A stretch of DNA of 45,191 nt from Octopus bimaculoides (GCF_001194135.2 NC_069003.1:3372449-3417639); one strand, 5' to 3'. Numbered from the stretch's first letter, positions 1 through 13,320 are shown. A program made the numbers and translations. The notes: a model not told the origin generated them from the letters alone.

Positions 1-29
1 AATTGGCTCTCTGCCCCCGTAAGAATCAC

Positions 30-396
30 TATCTTCATCATCGTTGTCGTCATCGTCATCATCATCATCATCATCATCATCATCGTCATCATCTTCTTCT
101 TCTTCTTCTTCTCCTTCTTCTTCTTCTTCTTCTTCTTCTTCTTCTTCTTCTTCACCACCACCGTCCTTCTCATTCTCTTCTATCTGATTCAAATATCACC
201 ATCATCGTCATCATCATCATCATCGTCATCGTCATCATCATCATCATCGTCATCGTCATCATCTTCATCACCACTTCTTCCACCTCGCTCTTCTCCGACT
301 ACTGCTCCTTCATCCCTTCCTTCGTATCACCACCACCACCACCATCATCATTATCATCATCATCAACATCATCATCATCGTCGTTATCATTTGTAG

Positions 397-448
<52 letters not shown>

Positions 449-747
449 ATAATGACAACGACTGCGCTTGCGTCGCTATCGGAATACTGACACGGTTTCG
501 ATTTCCGGTTTCGTCGCTAACATTGTTGGGAATCTCATCAAAGCTGAACACTCTCAATTCCAACACAGTCTACTCACTCAGCCCACTCCATTACCGCCCA
601 CCACTTCTTACTATGCGCATCTGGTTGTCTTCTGGATTTGTTCGTTCGTTTGTTTGTTTGCTTTCTTCTTTTTTTTTGTTGTATCCCAGTCAAGCAATCA
701 CGGGCACCGTTTGCGGCACGTTTACTCATCATCGTCGCAATCATCAC

Positions 748-800
<53 letters not shown>

Positions 801-1010
801 CAGCAATCGTAAGTCATCATCGTCGTCGTCGCTGCCATATTTGATGCCCCCCACCCAACCCTTCCTCGACCTGATTAGCTTCGTCACCTTCGCCACCTTC
901 TCCACCTTCGCCACCACCATTATCTTCTCTCTCTCCGTCTCTCCCCCCTCTCTCTCTCCGTCTCTCCCACCTCTCTCTCGTCGTCGTCGTCATCTTTCAT
1001 TGTCAGCGTC
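30..1010. repeat. Compound microsatellites (CAT)n/(CTT)n/(CAC)n/(CT)n
   Basis: Directly visible; the source of the poly-H/L/I/S ORFs. Confidence 0.95.
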
Positions 1011-1585
1011 GCTGTGACCTCGTTATCCTCTGACAGATTCGATCGAGGGATGTTGAATAAATGCCTTGTTGTATTTGCTTGTATATCTTTCTTTCTTTCG
1101 TTCTTTCTTTCTTCCTATTCGTTCTTTCTGTCTTTCTTTNNNNNNNNNNNNNNNNNNNNNNNNNNNNNNNNNNNNNNNNNNNNNNNNNNNNNNNNNNNNN
1201 NNNNNNNNNNNNNNNNNNNNNNNNNNNNNNNNNNNNNNNNNNNNNNNNNNNNNNNNNNNNNNNNNNNNNNNNNNNNNNNNNNNNNNNNNNNNNNNNNNNN
1301 NNNNNNNNNNNNNNNNNNNNNNNNNNNNNNNNNNNNNNNNNNNNNNNNNNNNNNNNNNNNNNNNNNNNNNNNNNNNNNNNNNNNNNNNNNNNNNNNNNNN
1401 NNNNNNNNNNNNNNNNNNNNNNNNNNNNNNNNNNNNNNNNNNNNNNNNNNNNNNNNNNNNNNNNNNNNNNNNNNNNNNNNNNNNNNNNNNNNNNNNNNNN
1501 NNNNNNNNNNNNNNNNNNNNNNNNNNNNNNNNNNNNNNNNNNNNNNNNNNNNNNNNNNNNNNNNNNNNNNNNNNNNNNNNNNNNN

Positions 1586-1816
1586 ATGATGACGTGATGA
1601 CGATAATGATGATAGTGATGACGATGATGATGATGATGATGATGATGTGGAAGAGTAGAAAAAAAAGGGGAAGTAGAATGTTGTCTATGACCCCTTATTT
1701 ATTTATTTACTTTTTGAAGGAGTTAGAAATTAAGGGTTAGTTTTTCCATTTAATGCGTTTTTAATGATCGACAGCAACACTCACTTGTCCAAACAGCCGC
1801 TCCCCTTCCCAATAAT

Positions 1817-1903
<87 letters not shown>

Positions 1904-2035
1904 TCAATCTTTTATTAGCCACGAGGGCTGAATAAAATAACATTAAATGATATGCGATAAAATAAAAGACAAAAACTGGACGATACTATGTGTTTTACAG
2001 CGTGTACATAATATATATGACAACAGCAACAAATG

Positions 2036-2108
<73 letters not shown>

Positions 2109-2125
2109 TATCAATAATAATAATA
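1586..2125. repeat. (GAT)n, (AAC)n(AAT)n and (AAT)n microsatellites
   Basis: Tracts at ~1586-1647, 1813-1901 and 2035-2125. Confidence 0.95.
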
Positions 2126-2352
2126 GTAATAACTGCATCAGCAGCTATTCCTAAAGATTTGAACAGATGGATAGAGGAAATAGGTATAAAAGCTAGTTTA
2201 GAACAGTTCAAGAAATAGTGTTATAGAAGTAGCTAGGATACTTAGGAAGGATTTTGGCACACTTAAGCTTACGTGTTGTAGCCCGGTGTGAGGAATCCTT
2301 CTCTCCGATAAGTCTAATCTGTTGTGTGTAAATGAAATAATGATAATAATAG
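2126..2352 (+). mobile_element. 3' end of an R4/Dong-type LINE embedded in (TAA)n
   Basis: AAIPKDLNRWIEEIGIKASLEQFKK, then after a frameshift EVARILRK, is the same REL C-terminal motif. It is preceded by (AAT)n at 2035-2125 and ends in AATAATGATAATAAT. Confidence 0.75.
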
Positions 2353-3071
2353 TTTATTTATAAAAATAAGGCAATGTAACTGATGTGTGTCACGGATTCT
2401 GATAGTCTGGTGTCAGGCGGAAATTTTTTCCGGCATTCGTTACAATATTTCTAAATTCTCTGTTTAAAATCCTATTAGCCTTTCAACCTTGTGCTCCTTT
2501 TAATTTTTTTTTTTTTACTATTATGTGGTTAAATATGACATTGATGATAATCGACGATCATCGCTGTTTTAGACACGATAAACGAACATGAAAGTGTCTG
2601 CTTGACACGTGTAGCGTTAATGTTAACCTCGAATAGAATATCAGAGAAGACGATATAGTAACGAAGCCAGCTCTATGAAATATAGGCATCGCTTTGTATA
2701 TATTATTGTGCTATTCGTGTATGTATATATATATATATATATATATACATGAATATAGACACACACATATAAGGATTTTTTGCTCGAGCGGTAGCATTTG
2801 TGGTTGGTCTTTCACAGAGAGCCGTTTTCTAAACATACTTCTTCGTCCGGGTTACTTTCACTCAATACTGCACCAGAGTGGACCTTTGACTCACACACAG
2901 TCCATTGATGGGTTTCACGCAGTTTCCACTTACCATATCTTATTCATGCTATAGTAGAAATAATATAAAGGCCCCGTATGTTACCTAGTCAGTTCGAACT
3001 CTAGATAACAGAGTTGCAAAGCAAAACCACTTAATTTCTTTACCAAATTCCTATCAACGAAAGAGAACCAA

Positions 3072-3491
3072 AATAATAATAATGATAATAATAATCTTTT
3101 CATAAGGCATGAAATTGTAGGGGAGGAGGTAAGTCGATTATATCGGCCCCGGTAATTAACTGTTTCTTATTTTATCGACCCAGAAAGAATGGAAGGCGAA
3201 GATAAACGCGGTGAAATTTGAACATAGAGATCTTGATAATAACGAAACTTCGCTGGGCATTTTGTCCAGCACGCTATCGTTTCTGCCAGCTCGCAGCCTT
3301 AATAATCCGTACTACTGGAAGCACAAAGCCAGGAATTTGGGGGAAGGGATTAAGTCGATTACATCAACCCCAGTAAGCAACTGGCACTTAATTTATCGAC
3401 CCCGAAACGATGAAAAGTAAAGTCGACTTTGAACTCAGAACGTAGCGGTATTTTGCCTGGCGTGCTTAGCAATTCTGCCCGCTCGCCGCTT
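3072..3491 (-). mobile_element. Two head-to-tail tRNA-derived SINE copies (family 1)
   Basis: Each shows the head AAG(G)CGGCGAGC.GGCAGAA, a B-box GAGTTCAAA, the body GTCGATAAA.TAAG..CCAG and an (ATT)n sense tail. Boundaries are ~3072-3300 and ~3301-3491. Confidence 0.85.
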
Positions 3492-4248
3492 TAATAATAA
3501 TAAGGAGAAGAAGAACATTGTTATTGGCCACGAGGGTGGAACACATAAAAGAATGGACAACACAGAGACAAGGGACAAGTGGGACCTAACACAAAACACG
3601 TGGACAGCATAAAATAACAATAACAATTAACAGCAAAATTAAAACGATGAAATCCTCAAAAGTGAGCAGTTCTACTCAGAGGTAACCAAGGAACTCCCCA
3701 CTTCCTTGTCACCTCGATCGCCAAGGGCATTCCAGGTAGGCACCCCACCCCTCATCATCTCCGCCGGCTTAGTTATAATAATGCATACGCATTTTTGCAA
3801 ACCGACAGGGTGCCCAGTGGCGCAGTTTGAGTATGTGCCATCAGGAGGGTCTCTTGCGCTGCCGTCACTTGTGGGGTCCTACAAAAATGTAAAACATTGC
3901 ATAGTGATTCCCGGTAAATGTGCCGACCCTTCCGCACCCTCCATGGCTATGCTACAGTTAAACCCTACAAAGTTTGAAAAAATATAGATAAATAAATAGC
4001 CTTAGTAGCGAAACACTTAGGCCATGTGATCCTACGCGAAGTCAGTTTCATGATTGAGGGGGAAAGGATGACAACGACCTAACGCCGGGATTTGGTTGCC
4101 ATACTTGATAAATAATAAAGCCTGTTATTCAGTTTCATCAAATCTTACACAATATTCACTTGGGAAAATAATATGTGTCAACATTACATTGTTCTCTCTC
4201 TCTCTCTCTCTCTCTCTCTTCCTCCTCTTCACTTTCTTTCTCTTTCTC

Positions 4249-4284
<36 letters not shown>

Positions 4285-5957
4285 NNNNNNNNNNNNNNNN
4301 NNNNNNNNNNNNNNNNNNNNNNNNNNNNNNNNNNNNNNNNNNNNNNNNNNNNNNNNNNNNNNNNNNNNNNNNNNNNNNNNNNNNNNNNNNNNNNNNNNNN
4401 NNNNNNNNNNNNNNNNNNNNNNNNNNNNNNNNNNNNNNNNNNNNNNNNNNNNNNNNNNNNNNNNNNNNNNNNNNNNNNNNNNNNNNNNNNNNNNNNNNNN
4501 NNNNNNNNNNNNNNNNNNNNNNNNNNNNNNNNNNNNNNNNNNNNNNNNNNNNNNNNNNNNNNNNNNNNNNNNNNNNNNNNNNNNNNNNNNNNNNNNNNNN
4601 NNNNNNNNNNNNNNNNNNNNNNNNNNNNNNNNNNNNNNNNNNNNNNNNNNNNNNNNNNNNNNNNNNNNNNNNNNNNNNNNNNNNNNNNNNNNNNNNNNNN
4701 NNNNNNNNNNNNNNNNNNNNNNNNNNNNNNNNNNNNNNNNNNNNNNNNNNNNNNNNNNNNNNNNNNNNNNNNNNNNNNNNNNNNNNNNNNNNNNNNNNNN
4801 NNNNNNNNNNNNNNNNNNNNNNNNNNNNNNNNNNNNNNNNNNNNNNNNNNNNNNNNNNNNNNNNNNNNNNNNNNNNNNNNNNNNNNNNNNNNNNNNNNNN
4901 NNNNNNNNNNNNNNNNNNNNNNNNNNNNNNNNNNNNNNNNNNNNNNNNNNNNNNNNNNNNNNNNNNNNNNNNNATCTCTGAACGAGGTATTAACAGTAAC
5001 TGCACGATAGAATGAAGTATATTTGCCACTTAAATGTGGCTGACCCCGAGGGGTGGATGTTACTGTTGCTTTTAGCCCCATATACATATATATAAACAGA
5101 TAGAGAGACACACAGACAGATCGATAGATAAATAGACAGACAGATAGATAGATAGATACATACATACATACATGCATGCATACATTGATTTGTTGTTTGG
5201 TTGATAAGTAAGAGAGACAGAGAGAGACAGAGAGAGAGAGAGAGACAGATAGACAAACGCACACACACAGTAATTTACAGTGAATGAGAGAGAGAGAGAG
5301 AGAGAGAGAGAAATAGACAGACAACGAGAGAGAGAGAGAGAGAGACGGGGAAATTGAACGGAGATACACGTGAACTACTTTGCTTTCTTAAAATACTTAA
5401 GGACACTCGAAAACCTCTCACAGTCACTTAGGACCGAATATTGTAATGTTATTATTCATAAGGGCTACTATGCCCCCTGCGCCACATCCACACACCCCAA
5501 GGTGTCGAAGCAGGCAAAAATAAACACCCTCACAGCATCGTAATGGTTTTATGTACAGTAAATAGAAACATGGTTCTTGTCTGTATAAATTAACCGTGAT
5601 TCCTAGCGCTGAGAGGCCACGTGGTCGAACGGTTAAACTCGTGTGCAAATAGTAATTCGTTTGATTGTTCTTTGATTCAAATTCCACAACTGATTGAAAA
5701 TTGACTGAGTCCCTTAAGCATGACACATGACGTCTTATCCACACTAACATTTGGTTGTGAGTTCAATTCGCAGCTAATTTTGGTCCGAATTCAGTCTGAC
5801 TGAATGTTACCTTGGGCGAGTATCTCTGAGTTTATCCCCATATCACCACTCGTAAACCGGTGTTGTTTTGGTTTTGTTACGACTCTTTATTTACGTCCGC
5901 GTACCATAGCGTCTAAATCAGGCGCCCTCAACCGGCACTTGGGGGTGATGTTTAAAT

Positions 5958-6132
5958 CAGGGGTTCTCATATATCAGACTTTCTTGTTAAAATTCATGTG
6001 TAATAAATTTCTTATACAATTCCTAAGAATATTTAATAAAGAATATTCTTTATTAAATAGGACGTTTTTCATTCAGGAGAGTAAACCAGGCATTAGAGGG
6101 GCCTGTAGGCACAAAATGGTTGGGAACCACTG
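5958..6132. mobile_element. hAT (Charlie-like) MITE, 175 bp, with a central palindrome
   Basis: The ends are CAGGGGTTCTCA and TGGGAACCACTG. The flanks GTTTAAAT/ATCTAAAT match 6/8 as a TSD. A perfect 30-bp palindrome lies at 6030-6059. Confidence 0.65.
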
Positions 6133-6552
6133 ATCTAAATAGACAGAATAGATAACAAAGTTAAACGAAAAATTAGTAGCGAAGGTTTTCATTTTTTTTT
6201 TTTTACTAAACCCTTCAGAGCGGTGCCTCAACTGGCCACACACCAGTGACATAAATACGTAAATGATAGAACAAAAGACGAAAGCACAGTCTTGATTCCA
6301 CCAAAAGGTTGCCAATAAATATTTGGTGGATGGGTTATTGCGCAAACGGGGTCCCGCCGTTTTAACGGATCATTAGTGTCTTGTATTTTTTGTTTTCTTG
6401 TGGGCCAGACACTGTTCTGTCATCATAATTTAACCTCACGGCCATGTTTATCTTAAGCACGTGTAGGTCTCACATCTAAAAATACAACGCTTTTCTTCCT
6501 ACTTCCAAACACGTAGGACCTCAAAACGCCCTGGATTAAAATGAAAACTCAC

Positions 6553-6665
6553 AGAGTACCGGAAACCTGATACAGTTTCCTTCCTTGTTGAACAATATAC
6601 TTAGAATTCTAGCATTCTTGGGAATGGCCTTCGGAATGTCAGTCAACGACCCAGAGCACACCATT
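6553..6665 (-). CDS. Candidate exon or pseudogene fragment encoding an LRR N-terminal cap plus the start of a first LRR (extracellular LRR/Toll-like-type protein)
   Basis: Manual minus-strand translation gives MVCSGSLTDIPKAIPKNARILSILFNKEGNCIRFPVL, matching the LRRNT spacing C-x3-L-T-x-I-P-x2-I-P-x5-L-x-[LI]-x2-N. It is bounded by AG (6667-6666) and GTGAGT (6552-6547). It is not in the ORF track because it is under 60 aa. Confidence 0.5.
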
Positions 6666-7839
6666 CTATACAACACATATACACTCTACATATATACACA
6701 GACACCCATACGCATACACTCACAAATACATACATACATACATACATTCACATATACATACATACATACATACATACATACACAAAGAAACCCAATATAA
6801 CCAGTTGTTGATGCAGATTCAGCGACAGGATGCGGACTTATGCGATCCCATTATGGGATGCATGCACGCCACTACTTACCATCTCAAGTCTTTCTTNNNN
6901 NNNNNNNNNNNNNNNNNNNNNNNNNNNNNNNNNNNNNNNNNNNNNNNNNNNNNNNNNNNNNNNNNNNNNNNNNNNNNNNNNNNNNNNNNNNNNNNNNNNN
7001 NNNNNNNNNNNNNNNNNNNNNNNNNNNTATTCTTTTATGATCGTTTTTTTTTTTTGTTTCGGAAGACACATCATTACTTTCGTTCTGTGTTGATTTTTAT
7101 GTTTCGTTAAAGTTTTTTCCGCTTGAGTATTTGATGTACATATAAAACTCAGTGAGTGTGTGTGTATGTATATATATATATATATATACATGTGTGTGTG
7201 TGTTTTAGAGTGAATAGGAGTACGACGGAAAATGGCGTCTATAGTGTGCCAAACTTCTACTAAGAAAACACCAGTGTAGGCGATTTAACGCTCACTTCCA
7301 GCATTTCATTTTTCCCACATGTGCTAGCATGAGCGCCACGAATATATCTAGAGCCTGTGATTGAGAAATAGTAGGGTGCCCTACCAACCATATGATCACG
7401 ACTAGACTGAACCAAATCAGGGCCCTCTGGGGTGTGGCTTGGTCAGCACGAATCCTATAAAATTAATATCCTGTGGAAGATTTTAATAGTACAGAACCGA
7501 AAACGGGATAATGTTGGTAAAGACTGGCAAATTGTTAAGCTTTAGCTCTGCTCAGTTACGGCACAACTGGGCCTTAACAAGAACAGTTACAACAACAAAA
7601 TGAAAAACAACAACTGTTGATTTACGTTATAAGAATGATCCTCCACCAGATTCGAAGATGAACGTTTATTTGTTCGATCATATGGATTCCTACTCGAGGA
7701 ATTTGAGTGTGAGTTACTGACCGTTCCACAAACACATGATACTGCAACACTCTCAGAATGTATGACCGAGTAGAATCGCTGAATTACATGTTGAATTCAA
7801 AGAGTCAGTGAGTGAGAGAGGGAGAGAAGGAGAGAGAGA

Positions 7840-7975
7840 GAGGATTGGTCATTATACTTTATTTATCGACTTTACCCTAGATAATGAGAGCAAACTTGAC
7901 ATAAGCAGGATTTGAACTCCGACTGCAAACAACCGGAGTAAAAATCAGACGAAATGCTATCTGGCGCTAACGATT
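7840..7975 (-). mobile_element. Degenerate partial SINE family 1
   Basis: TTTATCGAC, ATTTGAACTC and AGACGAAATGC motifs are in the expected order. Confidence 0.55.
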
Positions 7976-8003
7976 TAATCCACTTGTCAAATCTGATTAT
8001 ACA

Positions 8004-8069
<66 letters not shown>

Positions 8070-8929
8070 NNNNNNNNNNNNNNNNNNNNNNNNNNNNNNN
8101 NNNNNNNNNNNNNNNNNNNNNNNNNNNNNNNNNNNNNNNNNNNNNNNNNNNNNNNNNNNNNNNNNNNNNNNNNNNNNNNNNNNNNNNNNNNNNNNNNNNN
8201 NNNNNNNNNNNNNNNNNNNNNNNNNNNNNNNNNNNNNNNNNNNNNNNNNNNNNNNNNNNNNNNNNNNNNNNNNNNNNNNNNNNNNNNNNNNNNNNNNNNN
8301 NNNNNNNNNNNNNNNNNNNNNNNNNNNNNNNNNNNNNNNNNNNNNNNNNNNNNNNNNNNNNNNNNNNNNNNNNNNNNNNNNNNNNNNNNNNNNNNNNNNN
8401 NNNNNNNNNNNNNNNNNNNNNNNNNNNNNNNNNNNNNNNNNNNNNNNNNNNNNNNNNNNNNNNNNNNNNNNNNNNNNNNNNNNNNNNNNNTATATATATA
8501 CAACTATTGTTGTAAGTGGTCATATTGATTTCACCGTTGCTTAACCCAAGTTCAGATATGATTGAGTAGATTCAAGTTAAGAAAGAAGCCGCCATTGTTT
8601 AATGTTAATAATTTTAGCGTGGAGTGAAGAATATATGGTTGGAATTATATGAAACTATGGCTTCTTAATTGAGTCGTGCAACAACATGAACGTTTCCTTT
8701 TTGGTTATCGTTTCATATGAACTCAAATCCAGTCGGTGTTAACCTTGCCACATAAGCTTTTGTGGTCGGTAAAAGAAAAGAGTCTGTGAAGAACTCGGTT
8801 CGATGTAATTGACTGTAACACGCTTTCTAAAACTGCTGGGGTTTTTTTCTGTCATGATTTTAAACAATTACTATTGTTGAAAGTGTGGAAGGTGGGGTTT
8901 AGGAATATGATTCTGTCAGGGTCAGCAAA

Positions 8930-9233
8930 TCGTCGGGGGAAAAGAACGTGTGTTACTTAGCATCGGACATTTTACCTTCCGCGTTCAGACCTGGTCGAGG
9001 ATAGTTTTAGATTGAATTAGTCCCCTCCACCAAAATTTCAGGCCTTGTGCCTATAATAGAAATGATTGTTATTATTATTATTAGAAACAGAAATGCTATC
9101 AAGCCGGCTATTTTGCTTGGCTGCATTTCATCCGTCTTTACGTTCTGAGTTCAAATTCCACCGAGGTCGACTTTGACTTTTATCATTTCGATGTCGGTAA
9201 AGTAAGTACCAGCAGAAAGAATTATTATTATTA

Positions 9234-9279
<46 letters not shown>

Positions 9280-9490
9280 GAAGGTAGGGAGCTGATAGAA
9301 ACGTTAGCGCGTCGAACAAAATGCTCAGCGTCATTTTTTCCGGCTTCTTTACGTTATTTGTTCAAATCTGCTGAAGTCAAATTTGCTGTTCACTCTTTAA
9401 CGGATCGATAAATTAAAGTTTTAATTGATTAATCACTTTCCCCCTTAAAATTGCTGGCATTGTGCCACCATTTAAAGCCATTATTTATTT
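8930..9490 (+). mobile_element. Cluster of three SINE family 1 copies separated by (ATT)n
   Basis: Copies at ~8930-9082, ~9088-9278 (TTCTGAGTTCAAATTCCACCGAGGTCGACTTTG) and ~9279-9490. Confidence 0.8.
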
Positions 9491-11923
9491 ATTTGTTCGT
9501 TTGTTTTATTATCATTGTTGTTGTTATTATTATTATTATTCCTCATGTTGTTGTTGTTGGTGGTGGTGAGTTAAAGAAGAAAAAAATGTATGTTTACATT
9601 TTTGTAAATCGTTGTTGTTGATATTGTTTTTTTTTGTTATTGTTATTTTTACGTTTTACTCTATATATTTTTTCTTTTTTCTATCTTCGTTTTGATATTT
9701 CTTCAATATTTTCGGACTTTTTTTTTATTCCTTGACATATTTTTTCACACATTTTGTTATAGTTGTTAAGTAAATTTTTTTGGCATATTTATTTATTATA
9801 ATCGTACGACAAACACACACGAACTTTCTCCTACCATTCCATTGTTTTTATCGCCCCATTCCCCGCCACTTCAAAAATATGTGATATAACTATGAAATGA
9901 AAGCAAATAAAAAAACATGATAATGGAAAATTTAAACACCACGGCAAGAAAAAACAACTACAAGATGCTAATATACAAAAAACATACAAGCAAACAAAAC
10001 ACACACACAAACACACACGAACACTCACATGCAGATATAGAAACACACACACATACACTCATAAGGATTTAAATACATACGTACAAAGGAGACAATGTTT
10101 TTCACAAAGTTATCGAAAATGAAAAGAAGTTTTATCAAGTAATCATAAACATTTGTAAAAGACTTGGAAAAGAGAAAAAGAAAGAAAGAAATAATAAGAG
10201 AGAGTGACAAAGTGTGAAAGAGGTGAAAGCAAGGGAGAAAGAGAGAGAGAGTGAGTGAGTGAGAGAGAAATGTGAATGCAAAAGAGGATACTATGGAAAG
10301 AAATAGAAAAAGCTGGGAAGAAGAAAGAAAGATTAAGAGGAAAAAAAAAAAGAGACCGTTATAATATATTTTACAATAAAATTTTTTAAAAATCAAAATT
10401 CAAAATGGTGGAAAGCAGCATCTTTTACAATAGTGAAACGTGCTGTTAATATAAGACCGCCATTTTGGAAAAGAAAAAGAGGATACATTTTCATACAGAC
10501 ATGCATAAAATTATTAATACGAACAAATCAAAAGCGGCACATCTACATACAAACACACTCATATACATACATACACACATACATGCATACATACATACAT
10601 ACATACGTACGTACATACATAAATATATATATATGTAAGTATGTACGTATATATATGTATTATGTATGTAGGTATATATATATATATANNNNNNNNNNNN
10701 NNNNNCATACATACATACATACGTACGTACATACATAAATATATATATATGTATAAATATATATGCACATATTCATGGTTACATGTACAGGAAAAGAATA
10801 TGAAATTTCAAATTTCAACGCCAAGAACCTCTGAAAAAGCGAAAGGAGTTTAAAAATTCTAAAAGGCAAACAACAAAAGCGAAAGAATACATCCACTCGC
10901 ACGAAAACGCTCAAAGAATTTAATACAGCCATGCAACAACATAATATACAAGCGAATATACAAAAAAATTCACAAAGAATATACAAAGACTTTTTTCTCT
11001 GTTTGAATAACAGACACTGTTGATTGTGTTTATCACATAAAAAATCGAAAAATTATAAACAATTAAGAGATTATTTAAATATATATATATATATATAAAT
11101 ATAAAAGAATGAGATAATTGTACAAAATAAAGGCGAGGTAAGTTTTACAAAATTATCGTGTTTCTGATTTATGTATTCTCATCCATTCATGCGTTATGTT
11201 ATTTTGTGCATATGTTATGTTATTTATTATATAATTTATTGTATATTTTGAAATACAGGTTTTAAGTATAACTATCTGCCCGTCCATCTATATCTTTCTC
11301 TTTATGCACGTGTCTGACTAACTATGTATGGCTGTGTTCTTCCGCAGCACACGTAACGACAATTTGGTTTCTGTAACCAGTCCCTCCGCACGGCGACTTG
11401 CTTAAATATTCTCTTATATACCCACATTGACTAGTGCCTCACTCATCAGTTTGGTGAACGGAATATGTGCAGAAATCAGTCGTGTTTGTGTATGTATGTA
11501 TGTATGTATGTATATATATATATATATATATATATNNNNNNNNNNNNNNNNNNNNNNNNNNNNNNNNNNNNNNNNNNNNNNNNNNNNNNNNNNNNNNNNN
11601 NNNNNNNNNNNNNNNNNNNNNNNNNNNNNNNNNNNNNNNNNNNNNNNNNNNNNNNNNNNNNNNNNNNNNNNNNNNNNNNNNNNNNNNNNNNNNNNNNNNN
11701 NNNNNNNNNNNNNNNNNNNNNNNNNNNNNNNNNNNNNNNNNNNNNNNNNNNNNNNNNNNNNNNNNNNNNNNNNNNNNNNNNNNNNNNNNNNNNNNNNNNN
11801 NNNNNNNNNNNNNNNNNNNNNNNNNNNNNNNNNNNNNNNNNNNNNNNNNNNNNNNNNNNNNNNNNNNNNNNNNNNNNNNNNNNNNNNNNNNNNNNNNNNN
11901 NNNNNNNNNNNNNNNNNNNNNNN

Positions 11924-11954
<31 letters not shown>

Positions 11955-12121
11955 AATATATACATATATATATACATGTATACGCGCACGCACATACACA
12001 CATACTTATATGGGTGAGTGTATGTGTATACATGTATGCATACATATACATACCTCCCGCTATCTCTCCCTCTCGCTATCTCTCCCTCTCGCTATCTCTC
12101 TTTCTCTCTCTATATATATAT

Positions 12122-12165
<44 letters not shown>

Positions 12166-12699
12166 GCATATATACATACTTGTACGTACATACTTACATG
12201 TATACGTATATACATATGCATATGTGGGCACAGGACGTCACAAAACGGAAAGAACAAGACATACGGAATACGAGGAAAAGGAAAACATGTATATACAGTA
12301 CAGCTCAAAAGGGTATAGGCCGCGGGTGATCATCTCTGTATTGAACCGCTGTCTTCGACATTGTGCTCGGTCTTCGTATCTCCAGATACGCCAGAATGCA
12401 GAAAACGTGCGGCGCATAGGTAATGGAGCGCGTAAATTATATTCAGTATGAATTCATTATCTACAGAATATCGCTAAATTTCGTTCCGCATAAAAGACCC
12501 AGTTACGTGATCAAATACCGCCAGTGTGAATTCCTCAGTATTACTGGGTCATGTTGAGAAATGCTAATCTTCCGAATCATGTACGTTGTATAAAGCATGA
12601 ACACGTACAGCGTTTTCTGTGTTTCTTTCAATTACAGATGATTGTGTTCCCTCCCGAGTCATATATATTCGTAAAGCTAGTTTCCCGATTTCCATGACG

Positions 12700-12885
12700 T
12701 ATATATTTCCTACCTGGACGGGACGCCGGTTCGTCGCAGGATAACTAATTATTGTCAGCTGAGTGGACTGGAGCAACGTGAAATGAAGTGTTTTGCTAAA
12801 GAATACAATGCGTCGCCCAGTTCATGAATCGAAACCACAATCTTACGATCATGATTCTAACACCCTACACACTAATCCATGCACC
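12700..12885 (-). mobile_element. tRNA-headed CORE-type SINE (family 2), degenerate
   Basis: TGGAGCAACGTGAAATGAAGTGTTTTGCT...ATCGAAACCAC is the reverse complement of the 23578-23885 type. Confidence 0.7.
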
Positions 12886-13209
12886 TCCACTATAAAGACT
12901 TTGATGGAAAAAAATATGTGTGTGTTTGTGTGTGTGTCTCTGCATGTGTGACATTGCATTGTAACCAAAATTCAAATTCTAAACACGTATGTTTCTATTG
13001 AATTACTCAGCTGTTGATACGATTTATCCAAACATTCTCAGAGCATCCTTTTGGTGTACATATATATATATATATATAATTTTCCAGTAAATTTTGTAAT
13101 CGTTACCAATATAGCATAAGATTTCACCCCAAAGGATCATTGATTAGATTCCTTAAGGATCGTTCTCATTGTTTATATTTCCAAGGTTTCAAATTTGTAT
13201 ATTTAAAAG

Positions 13210-13320
13210 GATAGAGACTTTCAACACGGTCGATTTTTTTCCATTTATTTAATTATTTAGCATCCGATGCTAAATAATTGAATAAATGGAAAAAAATCGA
13301 CCGTGTTGAAAGTCTCTATC
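13210..13320. repeat. Near-perfect 111-nt palindrome (55-bp arms, 1-nt loop)
   Basis: 13210-13264 is the reverse complement of 13266-13320 with a single mismatch (T13250/G13280). It ends exactly at an N-gap. Confidence 0.95.

Noticed and set aside
3-1017. Long ORFs with poly-H/L/S/I runs (also 14614-15061, 17918-18573, 31877-32245, 34706-35337)
   Set aside because: They are translations of trinucleotide and dinucleotide microsatellites with no domain signal.
3706-3987. 93-aa GC-richer ORF
   Set aside because: No recognisable motif in any frame examined and no convincing splice context; possibly an unidentified repeat.
7636-7715. Possible 75-nt plus-strand exon (NDPPPDSKMNVYLFDHMDSYSRNLS)
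   Set aside because: Weak acceptor, no homology and no partner exons.
10590-10752. Direct repeat on both sides of the 17-N gap
   Set aside because: Most likely an unmerged contig overlap within (TACA)/(TA) repeats.
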